Source: an uncultured Phycisphaerales bacterium (GTDB taxonomy: Bacteria; Planctomycetota; Phycisphaerae; Tepidisphaerales; Tepidisphaeraceae). Taken from it: a stretch of DNA of 64,000 nt. Within the stretch, counting starts at the first letter, position 1; every line of letters begins with the position of its first letter. The notes under the pieces are model-generated. The model was not told where the DNA came from. It made no database searches and saw nothing but the letters and a program-made list of their open reading frames with translations. The stretch is taken from positions 64,001-128,000 of the forward strand of contig CAVWLP010000002.1 of assembly GCA_963755915.1 (NCBI GenBank), given 5' to 3'. Positions 63,882-64,000 of this stretch are shown here, in pieces. Made by a program: the position numbers and the translations under genes.

Positions 63882-64000
63882 ATGCCCCAGAACCCGAATA
63901 TTCCCCCCGAATGGCTCGCCGAATTCGAGGCCGCAGCCCGTCGCCCCCTCGAGCAGCGCATGAAATACGCCTTCATCCGCACCTACAAGCCCGTCCTCGA
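63882..64000 (+). CDS. Hypothetical protein, partial (runs off window)
   Basis: MPQNPNIPPEWLAEFEAAARRPLEQRMKYAFIRTYKPVL; TAAAAT lies 7 nt upstream of the ATG. Confidence 0.5.
   Translation, partial: MPQNPNIPPEWLAEFEAAARRPLEQRMKYAFIRTYKPVL

Overview
This is a GC-rich bacterial window, most likely Planctomycetota (Phycisphaerae/Tepidisphaerales-like). That assignment is inferred from a DUF1559/H-X9-DG pilin-like gene, dockerin-tailed PEP-CTERM proteins and the repeat families. Many genes, including pheA and clpB, are split by single-base indels that look like long-read consensus errors; I report them as single genes. (1) About 1-39.5 kb is an accessory carbohydrate/small-molecule catabolism island. 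It holds an ABC-exporter/HEAT operon divergent from a GntR-LacI regulator, four mosaic PEP-CTERM proteins, a DUF1559 protein, and Gfo/Idh/MocA, enolase-superfamily, nagB, CBM9-like, HpcH aldolase, AraC/PhyH, NHL and IclR/MlrC/RraA/M24/SDR genes. It also contains a complete IS21 (6-bp TSD, 24-bp VNTR inside istA) and several gene remnants. (2) About 39.6-64 kb is more core-like: glycosyltransferases, a ParE toxin-antitoxin pair, pheA, clpB (sigma54 promoter), glycerate kinase and HtrA. It carries seven copies of a GTAC-loop REP-like palindrome and several apparently leaderless genes. Embedded at 41.6-45.4 kb is a small candidate DNA-modification/defence islet (DUF488, Gp37/Gp68 three-Cys protein, TcmP partner, membrane-anchored Mrr). 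I recognised no rRNA, tRNA or CRISPR array. All family calls come from motif recognition by eye, not database searches.
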